In this document: piece after piece, positions 14,083 through 29,874 of the stretch
Numbering within the stretch: position 1 is the first letter of the stretch
How the letters are laid out: every line of letters begins with the position of its first letter
DNA from: the human T2T-CHM13v2.0 reference genome, Homo sapiens
Assembly: GCF_009914755.1 (NCBI RefSeq)
Contig: NC_060928.1
Length of the DNA: 64,000 nucleotides
Reading direction: 5' to 3' (one strand)
Notes under the pieces: generated by a model
Databases searched by the model: none
The model's input: only the letters and a program-made list of their open reading frames with translations
Told to the model about the DNA's origin: nothing
Position numbers and translations under genes: made by a program

Positions 14083-16845
14083 AGACTGTTTTTGTTTGTT
14101 TGTTTGTTTTTAACCAAGGAACAAGTGATGTTTATGATAACTGGACTAGTTTACTGGATAAAGTGGAGCTTATCCTGAACAAAGTGAGAAGTGCTTGTAG
14201 AGAGAGTGGTTCACATCTGAAGGAGGAGAATGAGAACGTAGAGACCGTCGAGGAGGTCGTTAGGTAGTGAGAGATCTAGACATGGCCATAGGAGTGTTGA
14301 TTAAAGGAACTGGAGAAAAGGCAGCTTAGTTAGTTCATGAGAGCTCCCTCAATACAAATATTTAGAGGAAAGTAGACTTTGGGTGATCATTTTAGTGAAG
14401 AAGATATTTTATTGAGACTCCTGATGTTTTTGGTTAAGGAGTGAATGTAATTTTTATAGTTCATTGATTTTCCAAAAAAAAAAAATCAATGATGTGATCG
14501 AAGTTTTAGTTTTCCCAGTTTCAGGCTGGCGAAGGCCTGTTGGTGAGGATATAGTCCTCTTATATGAGGAAGCAGGGTTTTTTCTTCAAAGGACCTTTGT
14601 ACACTAGTTTTATTGGGAGGGATGAGGACTGCAGGGACCAATGAGGGCCTTGTCATGAACATTCTAAGCTAAGCCTGGGAACATATGAAGACATACATTA
14701 TTTCTAAGGTGACTAATAGAAGCTATACATATTTAAGTGAAAACTAGCTTTTTCTGAGCATCTGTGTACTTGGGTTGGCACTCTGAACACAATCCTCACG
14801 CTTTTTCTTGGTCTGTGCAAATGCTACTGCTTACCTGGGATATTGAAACAGTTTACCACATAAAAATGAGCTTTATTAAAATGAAATGGATCACTTCATT
14901 AAGTGGCAGGCTTCCTGTCACTCAAAGTATGTAAATGGATATTAGGAGACTGGCTATGTATAATGTTATAGGAGGGAAACTGCTTGGATGAGAAGTTGGT
15001 TAGATGAGTTCCAGTTGCCCTTTAACTCTGTGATTCTATGAGCCACATCTACAACATACCCAGTCTCCAGAGAACCCACCTTGTGGGGTATCTAAACTCA
15101 TTGTTCCACTGTGTTGTGTTCCTGGTCCAGAGATAATGTACAACTGTGGGAAAGTTCTAGTAGTGCTGTACTGGGGGAATTTCTGAAGCCAAAGTTTTGA
15201 TACTGATTCTGATATGAATTTCTTTCTCATTCTTTGCTTTTCTCTTTACCTTGGTTCAGCAGAAAATGGATTTTTTTAAATGCACCTTTGCCCACTGGCT
15301 TAAGCAATCTTTAACTAGTATAACTAGGCCCAGTGAAGCATTCCCACAGCTTTTTTTGCATGGTGATTCATATATTTTACCACTTGCTCTTTTTTTCCTA
15401 CCGAATTCATTCTCCACACTGCTTTAGTAGTAAATATAGGAAAGTATATATTGCCTTCAAATCAGAATGACAGATACTAGAATGAGCTAAGACCATACTT
15501 TCCTCAAGAGAACATTAGAAATTACCATTAAAGAACTTTCTATATCCGTGATGTATATACATAAGTAAGCGAGGTACTTACTGCATTGATTTCTTAAGTA
15601 AATAATTACTAATGACCTATGCAGTAAGTGAGACATCTAACATTTTTCCTAGAAGCTCTTGTATTGGTTTGCCTAAAGTCATCACATACCCTCTGTATGA
15701 TGAATAACAACTACATTTAGGTCTCACTCCTTATTTCTTAAGTCAGCTCAAGATTTCAACCCCCACCTCAGGATATGAATTAGAACTGCAACCTCTCAGT
15801 TCTCTGAACTCATTTTCTTAGACTAGAAAATTACAAATGGTGAGTATATGGGATCGCACCATGGCAAATGTAGTTTACTGTTTCCTAAGGATCTTGAGTT
15901 CAGAGGGATTTATGCACATGATTACAGGGCAAAGGGAAAGAGAGGAAAACTAACATCTATTGAACAGCTGAGCAAGACACTTCCACATGTGTTTGCTTGC
16001 TTAATCCTTATGACATCCTGATAAGATATTTTTATTTCCATTTTACTACCTTTTCTTATTTTGTCTTTTTTCATGATATTAATAACATATTGGCATAATT
16101 CTTTTTATATATGTCTTTATGGATCCATTAGGCCCATCCAGAAAGGAGACGTGTGAGCCACCATGCTGTCTTCTCCTCTACTGCCCCCGCTCTGTCGCCT
16201 TCCAGTCAGAAAAATAATGCCTGTAGCAGGTAATGTTAGGCAGGTCTGTGTTGCAGAGCCAAATATCTTCACCAATGAGACTTCTTAGAACTAGATAACT
16301 TGATGTAATTTAGGAGTAGCACAGTATCAACCAAGAGCTGCAAGCATCTCAGTTCAGCTTGGGCTTTTCAATAAGAAGGAAATCCTGTGGCTGTCATAGC
16401 TCTGAACAGAATTTTCCAGAGTAACTCTAGGATCACTTGAGGTCCTGAAGCTATCACATCATTTGGACCCTAGATGGCACTTTAGCTGAATTGCGTAATT
16501 AATCTCTCCAAGGGGGAGAAAATGAGTATATGAGCAAGTGCACAATGGGACAGGTTGTACCCTACCTCTCTTCTTTCTCAGACTTACAGCACTTTGGTCT
16601 ACAGTGTCTTCAGGGTCACTTGGGTGAAAGAGGCATTATGGGTCCAGAGGTGTTTGTGCTCTTCTTTTCTGGAGGCTACTGCTAGAGTTGTGGGTGTCCT
16701 ATAGTCATTGATTGCTAAGAGTGTATCACTTAAATGAATGTGCAGTCAGCAAGACCTGAGGAGTTTACTGCATGAGGAAGCCAATTGAATGGCCTTTTCC
16801 CAAGTCATGTTTTGTGAGCTGTAAATCTAGAGCAGTGAGGAGGGG

Positions 16846-16951
16846 GCTTGAACCCAGGAGGTTGCAGTGAGGCCAGATCACGCCATTGCACTCAAGCCTG
16901 GGCGGCACAGCAAGACTCCGTCCCTCCCACCAAAAAAAAAAAAAAAAAAAA
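16846..16951 (+). mobile_element. Alu right-arm fragment with poly-A
   Basis: gcttgaacccaggaggttgcagtgag...cctgggcggcacagcaagactccgtc plus an A tail. Confidence 0.88.
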
Positions 16952-17142
16952 TTACCTCATTTGTACACCTTTTTCCTTCAAATACATTTGTATTATTATT
17001 TCTAATCCATTATTAATTGCATTTGTAATTTTAAGTAGTAAACCTATGTCTCTATTTTTTATAATTTGCTACAAAAACCTATTTTTGTAGCAAATATTGA
17101 CAGGGTCTTTTGACTTCTTACCTTGTGAAAAAAGGATGTAGG

Positions 17143-17357
17143 AGCATCACACACAGGGACCTGTTGGGGAGTAGGGGGTTAGGGGAGGGATAGCATTAGG
17201 AGAAATACCTAATGTAGGTGACAGTTTGATGGGTGCAGCAAACCACCATGGCACGTGTATACCTATGTAACAAAACTGCACGTTCTGCACATGTACCCCA
17301 GAACTTAAAAGTATAATAATAAAAAATTTAAAAAGTAGAAAAGAAAAACTAAAAAAA
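17143..17357 (+). mobile_element. L1PA (about PA7/8) 3'-end fragment
   Basis: ggagggatagcattaggagaaatacctaatgtag...ccccagaacttaaaagtataataataaaaa. Confidence 0.9.
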
Positions 17358-17462
17358 GAATGTTAGCATCCCTACTCTTTGCTGCCCCTCTTTTTGCTGC
17401 TTCCCTTCTAGACTTCTGTCATTGGTGCTTGTACTTTTTATTGTCAATATAGGTTAGATTTA

Positions 17463-17871
<409 letters not shown>

Positions 17872-19789
17872 TGAATAGAATTTATATCATTATGACTATA
17901 TGAATATGGTTTACCCTAAAGCTGTGTAATGAACTGTAAGTACATTTTCTTTTGGGTAGTTTTTCTTAAATATGGAGTTTTAGATTGCATTTTAAAAATT
18001 GCCTATTGTTACTACATTCCTAAGCTCTTTCAATATCTCAAGGATACTGATACACCTATGGAATCCCTTGATATCTCCTTGCAGATTCGCCCCTCCTGTT
18101 AGCTCCTCTCTTCCCTATGTTGCCCTCCTGCTTTACGAGACTGATTGCTTTCCACATCACTGCACAGTGGACATTCTGGCATTGACTTTCATTGTCATCC
18201 TGCGTTGGAGACCATATATCTCTTTTTTTCTTAGTTAATTCCCTCATTTTGCTTATCACACTGTCAGTAACTTTGTATAAAAGGACAAATTAAGGTTAAA
18301 ATTTTTTGGAGTTTTTTTTTTTGGCCCCAGCTTTTCTATATATATTTTTTTCATGCTCAATTGATGATTTGGAAGCATATAGAATTCTTTATTGAAGACA
18401 ATTTTCTTCCAGTCCTTTGAAATCATGTTCCCATTATCTTCTACCATTCTGTTTTGCTTAAGAGAATTCCAAAATCTGTTTCTTGTAGCTTTTCCTTTCT
18501 AGATAGAACACTTTTGGATTTTTATTTTCATCCTTAGTGTTATTAAATTTCACAATGATTCATCTGCATACAGGAATTTTTAAATTTTTTTTGGTTTATT
18601 TTATTTTTCCCTGGGTGTCCTTGTGATCTGAAGAAATATGTCCTTTATCTTTGGACTCTTGAATTCTCTTTGATAATGTTCTGGGATATTATATTCTCTT
18701 TGATAATGTTCTCTCTACAATTTTCCTTGTTCTGGCTTAGTAGAACTCCTAATAATCAGATATTGGGGTTCCTGGACCTCTTATCTATTCTCTTATGTTT
18801 TCTGGCTCTTTGCCCCTTCTTCCCATGCTCTTTGGAAAATTCTTGTTATAATATTTTCTAACAGTTTTATTGAGGTTTTTTCTTTTCTTTTTTTTGGCTG
18901 TATGTATAATCTCATACATATAGGTTTTAAGGTAATTATTGGTCTAATCTAAAATCTTTTCCTTGTTCTATTTTTCATAGCAGTCTCTTCATGTTTTGTG
19001 GATACAGTATCTTCTTAAATCTCTAAAAACTAATTAGAACTTTTATTTCAAGTTTTCTAAGTGATATTTCTTTTTTGGAATTCTTTTGCCTGCTTTTTTC
19101 TTTAAGGTATGGGTTTTAGTCTTTGACTTCCTCTCTTAAACCACTGATGGTACTCAATTGTACATTTGTACTTAAAAAAGAATATTTGCTTTAATGTAAG
19201 CAGGAGGCATAATTCTGAGGGGTGCTCTAAGCTCAAGAATTCAGAAGACTTTGCTGTGAGATACAAACACCTGTGCTAATTGCCCTGGTCTTTTCTGGAT
19301 ACTTCTTGAGCAGAGCCCTGCAGTGTAAATGCTTTGGCTTCTGGGTATTCTGCCCAATGGGGTAGTGTTATACTTTCTTGAATCCATCCCTTTCCTTGAA
19401 TCCATCCTTTTTAGCCTGTCCCTTACTCCTGCCTCCATTGTACTTGGCAGATTCCAATGTGAGTTTCTTCAGAGTTTTGCAGGGAAGATGTTCTCTTTTT
19501 TAACTCCATGTCCCTCTGCATGGAGTTTTACACTGACATTTCTAAATAGCATAAATGGTGTCATGTTCTACTATTCTATCTGCTCTTCTTCTTCCAGAAA
19601 GTTTTTGGAGTCTCTTGTCTATGCTGGTCTTCTATCTGTTCTTTTCATTGGTGTGGCTTTATACTTTTGTAAAAAGTGTTTTTTTGTGAATCTGTCATTT
19701 TTAAAGTATCTAGGAAGGTTGAAGAGATAAACCCAGTTACTATGTCATATACTAAGTTTACCATTTTGAAGTGGTACCCTACTTCAAGT

Positions 19790-20090
<301 letters not shown>

Positions 20091-20832
20091 TAAAGTATTT
20101 TTAATTTGGATGCCTCATCAAATCAGAGAATTCTTCCACTCATCTGAATCAGTAAAATTTTCCTATGTCTTGGAGCTGATGTCTACATATATATAGAAGA
20201 GAGTAGACCAAACTTATCTAAATTAGACACTGTATGTGTCCTTGGAATGATGTGGCTGCAGGAACCTACTGAAGATCCTCTTTACCTTGGCTTAGGGACA
20301 TTTACTGAAAATCACTCTGGGTCAGTGCCTGTTTGGAATGAAGGCAGCGAGATATTCATTTACTTCTGTTATGTTACACCGTTGATAGGTTTTCCCTCTT
20401 AGCCTTTAACTAGCTAGCATAGGCTTGCTGAAAGTACTATTCTTTTCTCTTTCTGCTTTTGTGAGATAAGAAGGTCACAAATTATTTTATATGGTTTCAT
20501 CACATTTTGGGGAGGGAATAATATTTTCTTCATAATTGTTGTGTGTGTGCGTGTGTGGGTATGTGTCTATGTATATTAGTGTGCTCATGTATGTGTGTGT
20601 GAATATGAGACAGAGAAAGAGAACTACAATCACAAATACTATAATCACAGGGACCACAGGTTCCTTGAAGTACATTATAGGGACTTTTTTATTTAGTAAA
20701 TTTTCCAGTCTTTATATGTCTTTTGAATGCTTTCTCAGCTGAGTGGAGATTTTGTATGCCTTATTAATGTATGTGTTTGTGAGAAAGAGCATGAAATATT
20801 TTTTAAGAAATGAAGCTACCTATTATATTATA

Positions 20833-21221
<389 letters not shown>

Positions 21222-23089
21222 TAGAGCATTTTGCTTTTGCTGGTTGAAATTGGAAAGAATTAGAAGCGGTGAAATTTTTGTATTTGATATTGAGATGTAT
21301 TAGACCTAACACTGAATCTTGGGAAAGGCCCAGAGAGTAGTCAGAAAATTAAAAAACAGGAATGAACAGGGTCTAGGGAATTGAGGTTAAATAGATTATC
21401 AAAGGGACTGTAGATAACAAAGGTCCCAAAGGGCAGGGAATGGCTTTTAAAATAAGAGAATAGTATTTATGAAGCCTAATTGATGCAGGTATCTGTGATT
21501 TGACCTCTACACACTTTCAGCTCTCCATATAAGGACATCCTCTCTATTATCTTTATCCCATACATTAGGAATGACATCAGCTTTTGGCTTCAACTTTACT
21601 CACATACTTTGATGGTTATCTGGGTCTTTTGATGTCTTATTTTCTCCACATTTGCTCCACTTTCCAAGACAATCATATGCTTCGACTTATTTTAGTTTCT
21701 CCCAGCTTTTCTCTACCCCAGCCTCTCCTTTCCTTTAGCTGAGATCCTTACACTCTGCCTTATTTCTCCTCCATCCTCACATCCTCATTCCTTCTTTGCA
21801 GGGAATTTCTCTTTTTCCTCTTTATTGCTTCTTCTTTTCCCTCTGCTCAACGACAGGCTTTGGGCCAGTTTGGCAGAGTCTTTCAGTTCTGTTAGTTCTG
21901 GGCCAGCTACAAACTTCTTACTTATTTACTCTAAGGCTGTCCAAGTCTGAAGGTTCTTGGAGTGTGCACACAGCATCTCCCTCCATAGGAAATGGACTTT
22001 GCACAGTAGTGTTTATAGTAGTAACTCCAAATGGAGGTAAAATGATACCCCATCACTATTATTCATTCACAAAGTATTAAGTGCCACTAATGCCAAGGTC
22101 TGAGGCTATAACTACAATCAAGACAAACCAAGGGCCTTGGCTCTAGGCTCTTGGAGTTTACATTATATAAAATAAAAACAAACTTTAAAAATATTTTAAA
22201 CAAAACAAAACAATTAAAAAGAAAATAAGCAAAAATACCCAAACTGATTTTTTCTTAGTTATGAAATTCCTCCAAAGGGCACCTTCTGACTGATGATATG
22301 TTTATAATAACTTTCCTTAGTCTAATATTTAAAATATTTTTGTCTTTTATTTAGGGTGTGGGGGATGGAAGTGGGTTGGAGACCATAATGACATGCTTAT
22401 TTTATTTTATTTTTTTTCACGGGATGGGGAAGCTCTTAATAACCTGTTGCTGTCTAAAACTAGGAAACTGGTCTGACAGAAATCCAAACTCTCTTTTAGC
22501 CTTTCTTCTAGACTTTGTCAATCAAACTCATTGTAAGCATCCTAAGTGATTTGTTCTCTTTGTCCCATTTTATTCCTGTTTTTAGTGAGTGAAATGGGAA
22601 GAAATTAGAACTGAAGTAACTTGAAATATGGAAAACTAACATAGAAATAATGGAGAATAGGCTGTATGTATATTGTGGAATTTTGCAAACACTTGACTAT
22701 GGCTATGAATGAAGACATTCAGAAGCCTGTGGTGTAATTCTTTTACAATTATATTGCTGCTGCCTTTAGCATCCTTCTTTGCCACAGAGCTGTGGTTTGT
22801 GACAACTATTTAATTAGAATGGCAAACAGAGTGGCTAAGTTCAATATTTCCCCCCTTCTTTTCTTTATGAAAATGAGAAAGTAGAGTAATACCATCTTCA
22901 TTTTTGGAACTGCTAAGTTGGAAACCAGGAACATAACTGCCTTAAACCTCTGTAGTGATGTTATTCTGCACATAATTGGCATGAAAATAGAATATATTCT
23001 CTGTGGTTGTACATTACATTTTCTCTTTATTAGCCATGATGAAGTTTATGTGTTTATGCAAATAACACAGAGAGATAAGTTTCCCTCTC

Positions 23090-23290
23090 AGAGGCAGTGA
23101 GATTGGCATTATGAGATCCATGTTTACATTATGGTTTTACCACTTGCTATGTGACCATGAACTTAACCTGCTTGAAGTTCATTTGTTTATTATCAAGTGG
23201 TAATAATAATACTAACCTCACAGTGTTGATATGAGGATTAAGTAAGATAATGTGAGTTCAGGTACCTAGTACTCAAAAAGATTAGTTGAC
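23090..23290. mobile_element. MIR
   Basis: ccacttgctatgtgacc...taataataatactaacctcacagtgttgatatgaggattaagtaagataatg. Confidence 0.65.
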
Positions 23291-24773
23291 CATTACTCTC
23301 GAATATAGACATTTTCTAGTAGGTTTGTTATGCCAACAAAGGAAGAAGAAAGAACATCAATGAGTCAATGTGGGTGTAGAAAACATTAACATACATTATT
23401 CTGAAATGACATTTATTGCTAGTTTTATGGTCCCAAGCAATGAAAATCAGACCCATACCTCCAAATATTCTGACAAGAACATGCAGATCCTCTTGTATGT
23501 CTATTACATGTAAGTTATCTTAGTTATTTTTTGTGCTACAAATGTTATTTATTCTTAAGAATAAAAAAAGATTCAATTTATTTCATAGGCCATGAGATCT
23601 TTGTTTTAGCTTGTCCATGGGTTCTCTATTGGCTCATTATGGAGGTATGAGGTGAGGAGGACGTTTATGTGTCATTGTATTACATTAATATGTACACATT
23701 CAAATATCTTCTTTCTGTGCCATAGATTCTCCTCACCCCTTTTTATTGTAACTAATAGTTATAATTGCAAAGGACTTTAAATTGCTACATGTGTGCTAAA
23801 GAATAACAATGATTTTCAAACTTAGTACAGAATGTAATTAATTTTTATAGCAACAGTATGTACCTGCCAAGTGGGTACTTTGAAAATGAAGTTGTTTTTG
23901 ATTGTGTGAAACTGCTTGAAAATGTGATTCTCCAAAGCTTTCTTTTTCTTATGGCCAGAAAATAGTGATATGGAAATTAATTATGATTATGCACTTGAGA
24001 CTGGTTCTTCTTCTGCTTTTATTTTCTTTTTTTTTAAATGAATCTTAAAAAACACAAAGTTTCTTTGGACCAAGAACAAGCATAAGACATTTTTACACCC
24101 TGGATTTTAGGTGGAAAGGTCCTGCTGGTTGTAGCTTTGAGTGGATGAAACACCACTTGCCCAAGAAGCAACATACTTTAGGGTACACTTGTATTTCACC
24201 TTTTTGGTGCAAGGTGACATTTTTCTCTAGCATCCTTACTTGCTCAGGATTGCAGTATAATGTGTTTACATTATAGGCCAAAATCTAAGTAGAAAACACT
24301 GATTTATTCTGACAATATGTCTTCTGAAATGTCAGATGTAAAATATTCACAAGAACGTTGTTAGGAACCTGTTTTCCAACACCTTCCCAGGTTAGCAAAA
24401 ATGCCACACACCAATTTCTAATTCCCATGTATAATCTGGTTGATAATCTCTTTTGGTCCTCATCTTTTTCTTCTTGGATTTGGGTGATATGTTTCTGGAA
24501 AAGGCTGATTAAACAGTGCGTTTCCAAAACAAAATTATTTATTTGGTTGTATAGGTGAGGATTCAGAGGAAAAGCCAGATAACCTCTTTGTGTGTTTATG
24601 TGGCAAGGATGATAAGTTAATGATTTGCTTGAGGTATGATAGTTTAGAGCAGTAGCTTGGGGAGGGCAAGATTATTAGAATTATCCTCTGGCGATACCCC
24701 TCCAACGTATATACTTCTTTCAACTTAGATTCCAACTAGTATAGATACTGTTAAGATAACTGGTTTATTTAGA

Positions 24774-24883
24774 GTAGTGGTTCTCAATCTTCAGCATGAT
24801 TCAGAATCCCCTGGAGGGCTTGTTAAAATGCACATTGGTGTCCACACTCCCCGCTCATATCCAGAGTGTTGATAGAATTGGTC
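24774..24883 (+). mobile_element. MER5A-like, left part (split by L1PB)
   Basis: tagtggttctcaatctt...cagaatcccctggagggcttgttaaaatgcac. Confidence 0.75.
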
Positions 24884-27384
24884 AGGCGTATTCAAAGAAG
24901 AATTGGTACTAAATCTTTTGACACTATTCCACAAGATAGAGAAAGAAGGAATTTCATTCTGTGAAGCCAGCGTCACCCTAATACCCAAACCAGGAAAGGA
25001 CATAATCAAAAAAGACAACTACAGACTGAAATCTTTGATGAACATAGATGCCAAAATCCTTAACAAAATACTAGCTAACCGAGTCCAACAACATATCAAA
25101 AAGATAATCCACCATGATCAAGTGGGTTTCATACCAGGGATGCAGGGATGGTTTAACATATGTAAGTCAATAAATGTGATACAGCATATAAACAGAATTA
25201 AAAACAAAAAAAATCACATGATCATCTCAATAAATGCAGAAAAAGCATTCAACAAAATCCAGCATCCCTTTCTGATTAAAACTCTCAACAAAATTGGCAT
25301 ACAAGGGACGTACCTCAATGTAATAAAAGCCATCTATGACAAACCCACAGCCAACATAATACTAACTGGGGAAAAGTTGGAAGCATTCCCTCCAAAACCT
25401 GGAACAAGACAAGGATGCCCACTTTCACCACCCCTCTTCAACATAACACTGGAAGTCCCTAGCCAGAGCAATCAGACAAGAGAAATAAATGGCATCCAAA
25501 TCGGTAAAGAGGAAGTCAAACTGACACTGTTTGCTGATGATATGACTGTTTACATTGAAAACCCTGAAGACTCCTCCAGAAAGCTCCTAGAACTAACAAA
25601 AGATTTCAGCAAATTTTCTGGATACAAGATTAATGTACACAAATCAGTAGCTCTTCTGTACACCAACAGCGACTCAACGGAGAATCAAATCAAGAATGCA
25701 TCCCCTTTTACAATAGCTGCAAAAAAATAAAATACTTAGGAATATACCTAACGAAGGAGGCAAAAGACATCAACAAGGCAAACTATAAAACACTGCTGAA
25801 AGAAATCATAGATGACACAAACAAATGGAAACATATCCCATGCTCATGGATGGGTAGAATCTATATTGTGAAAATGACAGTACTGTCAAAAGCAATCTAC
25901 AAATTTAACACAAACTCTATCAAAATACCACCATAATTCTTCACTGAGTTAGAAAAAAAAATTCCAAAATTCATATGGGACCAAAAAAAAGCCTGCATAG
26001 CCAAAGCAAGGCTAAGTAAAAAGAACATCTGAAGGCATCACACTACCTGATTTCAAACTATATTAAAAGGTCATAGTCACCAAAACAGCATGATACTGTT
26101 ATAAAAATAGGCACATAGACCAATGGAACAGAATAGAGAACCCAGAAATAAACCCAAATACTTACAACCAACTGATCTCCAACAAAGCAAACAAAAACAT
26201 AAAGTGGAGAAAGGACACCCTTTTCAACAAATGGTGCTGAGATAATCGGCTAGCCACAGGTAGGAGAATGAAACTGGATCCTCATCTCTCACTTTATACA
26301 AAAATCAACTCAAGATGGATTAAGGACTTAAATCTAAGACCTGCAACTATAAAAATTATAGAAGATAACATTGGAAAAACCCTTATAAACGTTGGCTTAA
26401 GCAAGGATTTCATGACGAAGAATCCAAAAGCAAATACAATAGAAACAAAGATAAATAGTTGGAACTTAATTAAAGAGCTTTTGCATAGCAAAAGAAACAG
26501 CAAAGTAAACAGACAACCCACAGAGTGGGAGAAACTCTCCACATTCTACACATCTGACAGAGGACTAATATCCAGGATCTACAACAAACTCAAACAAATT
26601 AGTAAGGAAAAAAAAATCCCATCAAAAAGTGGGCTAAGGATATGAATAGACGGTTCTCAAAAGAAGATATGCAAATGGCCCAACAAACATGAAAAAAATG
26701 CCCAACATCAGGAATGATCAGGGAAATGCAAATAAAAGCCACAATGCAAAACCACCTTACTCCTGCAAGAATGGCCATAATCAAAAAATCAAAAAACAGT
26801 AAATGTTGGTGTGGATGGCGGTGATCAGGGAACACTTCTACACTGCTGAGGGGAATGTAAACTAGTACAGCTGCTATGGAAAACTGGAAAACAGTGTAGA
26901 AATTCCTTAAAGAACTAAAAGTAGAACTACTATAGCAGCACAATTCACAATTGCAGAATTGAGGAACCAACTCGAATGCCCATCAGTCGACGAGTGGATA
27001 AAGAAACTGTGGTATATTTATAGGATGGAATACTACTCAGCCATAAAAAGAATGAATTAATGGCATTTGCAGTGACCTGGATGGGATTGGAGACCGTTAT
27101 TCTAAGTGAAGTAACTCAGAAATGGAAAACCAAACATCGTATGTTCTCACTGATATGTGAGAGCTAAGCTATGAGGACGCAAAGGCATAAGAATGGTACA
27201 ATGGACTTTGGGAACTTGAGGGGAAGTGTGGGAGGGGGTGAGGGATTAAAGACAACAAATATGGTGCAGTATATATTGCTTGGGTGATGAGTGCATCAAA
27301 ATCTCACAAATCATCACTACAGAACTTACGTAGCCAAATACCACCTGTATCCCAGTAATTTATGGGAAAAACAAAATAAAATAA
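24884..27384 (+). mobile_element. 5'-truncated L1PB1-like element (RT and C-terminal ORF2 remnant, 3'UTR, A tail)
   Basis: ORF 24903-25730 is an L1 ORF2 RT segment (FADDM). The 3'UTR gggtgagggattaaagacaacaaat...aaaatctcacaaatcatcact matches L1PB. Near-TSD agaattggtc (24874-24883) / agaattgctc (27385-27394). Multiple frameshifts and an internal deletion near 26930. Confidence 0.9.
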
Positions 27385-27394
27385 AGAATTGCTC

Positions 27395-27484
27395 TGGTGT
27401 GAGTGTCAATAATCTGCCTTTCTAACAAGCGTACAGGTGATGTGGATATTGCTGGTCTGGAGACCTCACTGTAGAAACCACTGA
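27395..27484 (+). mobile_element. MER5A-like, right part
   Basis: aatctgcctttctaacaagc...caggtgatgtggatattgctggtctggagacctcactgtagaaaccactg. Confidence 0.75.
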
Positions 27485-29874
27485 TTTAGAGGATTGGGAA
27501 GGATTTGTCTCTGCTTCAAGGTCTTGGGAAGTCAGGATGGGGAGTTTGGTAGGGAGGGGGATGGAAAAAGATTGAAGAATGCTGATCATCTTGCTTAGTT
27601 ACTAGAAGTGTTGACTAGCAGACTCTTGCAGTGTTAAACATTAGTGAAGCTGTTAATATTAATTACTTTTATTAATGAGAATCAGAGAAAGTTAGGAGAG
27701 GAAACAGATTTGATTATTTCTTAATACTAGTCTTCTCTTCCTCATCTGGTTCCTGCATTTTTCTTGGACCTGAACCTTTCTCTTGCTCCTCATATAGTAT
27801 AAATATAGATAGCCATACTATCACTGTCTTTCAGAAATGCGAAGAATGATGAGACGGTATATAAGGTTTCTTGGAAAAGCTGTCACATCAATCAAGATTA
27901 CAATTATAATGAAAACCTCATTAATTTGGCTTCTACCTATTCAGATTTTGCAGCAGTTAGGACAGTGCTTGGGCTGAAATGTGCCTTTGCAGTATTTATA
28001 AAGAGTGCCTATAGCAAATCAATGACTTTAGGCTATTGGCTAGGAAATTTAAATTACTTAATGGAAAACTGCTTTAAATTTATTTCAGTACTGCCACTTA
28101 CATATAAATTATTTGATGATTAGAAATTTATCTTACCTATTTATTTACATAAGCTATTTTCAACATGATTAGGATTGCTAAGGCTTCATTGCTTTAGGAT
28201 TGTATAATTCAGATTTATTCACTTATTCAGGCAGAACTTTTACTCAGTTAGTCCAAATAGCTGGTTTTGTTTTTAAATGTCAAGTGCAAAATTGTCTGTA
28301 CTCATCATTTTCTATTAGTTTCAATCTCAGCATTATTTGGGGGCATTCAGATTGTACCTAGTGTCTTTTGTATTGAGTGGACACTAGAAATCTAATACCT
28401 GGCTCAAAGAAGAAAATGTGCCCTTCAAAGGGGTTCTTTTAATTTTGCACATAAAGCACATTTTCAAATGTTATTTTCCTTTGAATAATGCTCTGTGCTT
28501 AAATTTTCCTAGAATAAAACACCCAACCAGGTAAAAGATTTAAGAGATCTAGGCCATGCTTACTTGATGAAATGCAGCAGAGTGGAAAATATCCTGTCTT
28601 GCCAGTTCAAGGAAATTATAATTTTTCTGATCTGGTAGTTAAAAGGAATGATATTTAAATAGCTGCTGTTATATAGGCATTAATTTATTAGGGGCAGATT
28701 TTAGTCTTTTGTGAAATTATATGTTGAGGTCTGTATCTGAAGGAATTAAAGTCTAATCTAAAGAATTATTTGGAAGCAAATGTGAAGCTATGTTAGAACT
28801 TCGGTGCTTCTTTTCAACCCTTGTCCTCTTGCTGTAAAGAGCAGCCTGAGTCAGATCATTGAGGATTAAGGATGAATGCATTACTCAGCACCCTGCAGCA
28901 GTTGGGTCAAACATCTTGGCTTTGAAAAGTTAGGTTTTTTTTTGCTTAGCAAGCCTAGAAATTTCAGGTCCAACTGCAGAATGAAAGTTCAGTATTCTGT
29001 TGATTAACATGGTCTACTTGAAAACAGCCTGTGGCTCTTCTACATGTCCTTCCTCTCTATTTGTGTATGATAGTGTCTGAAATCATTGGATGGATCACCG
29101 GTGAACCATATTGACAGCTGCTATATGGTCAGGGAGATTGGTTCCCATGTAGTATTCCGATGACATCCATCCTTTCACTTGAAGAAGAGGTTTAACATGT
29201 TAAGGGGGAAAAGAGGATATACTTATTTTATTCTGGCAAATGGGAATGCAGAGAAATAAGGCAGCCTGTGATAACACTACATTGAGGCAAAGAGTGAGGA
29301 TTCTACATCAGATGCCCACTAATGAGAAATATTCTTGATCCAAGTGTTAGCCAGAGAAGGGAACACTTTGACCAAGACTTTTCAGGTTGATCTGAGTGAG
29401 TGGCATGCTAGGAAGGGCTGCAAAGGCCTGGGGGAGAGGAGGTCTGGGCCTGGCATCCAGGGTCAGCTCTGCTGAAGATGAGGAAACAGCCGCTCTCTGC
29501 AGGCAACAGGAAAAGGAAAGGAAACCAGATAGATTAGCATGTATGTAAAGGGCAATGACAAAGAGTGAACAAAACCAGGAACAATTTTATTTTTATGCTT
29601 ATTGTCTTAGAAGTTTCTTTCAAAGTTTAGCTTACCTTGAAACTGAACCAGGCAGTAAGTCCTAAACAAGGTATTTGAGATTTTACATACTTTACATTTA
29701 ACTATGTTTGTACTCCAACCTGGACTCTGGAAAACTCTTCAGAAGAATCCTAGTGTGGTTAAAAGTATCATCACCATTTCCATCATCATCTACTAATGTT
29801 TATTAAGTATACCACCAAAGTCTTTGTGTTATTGAAAAGAAGTCTTTAATTAGAGTTTACTTGTGTTTTTCCAG

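Noticed and set aside
14461-14492. 11-bp stem tcattgatttt/aaaatcaatga around an A run
   Set aside because: Short and AT-rich; expected by chance in 64 kb.
18663-18712. 20-bp direct repeat attctctttgataatgttct with 30-bp period
   Set aside because: Two copies only; a local slippage duplication in an old L1, not an array.
19329-19730. 133-aa hydrophobic ORF
   Set aside because: T-rich antisense old-L1 sequence yields Phe/Leu-rich pseudo-membrane ORFs; no homology recognised.
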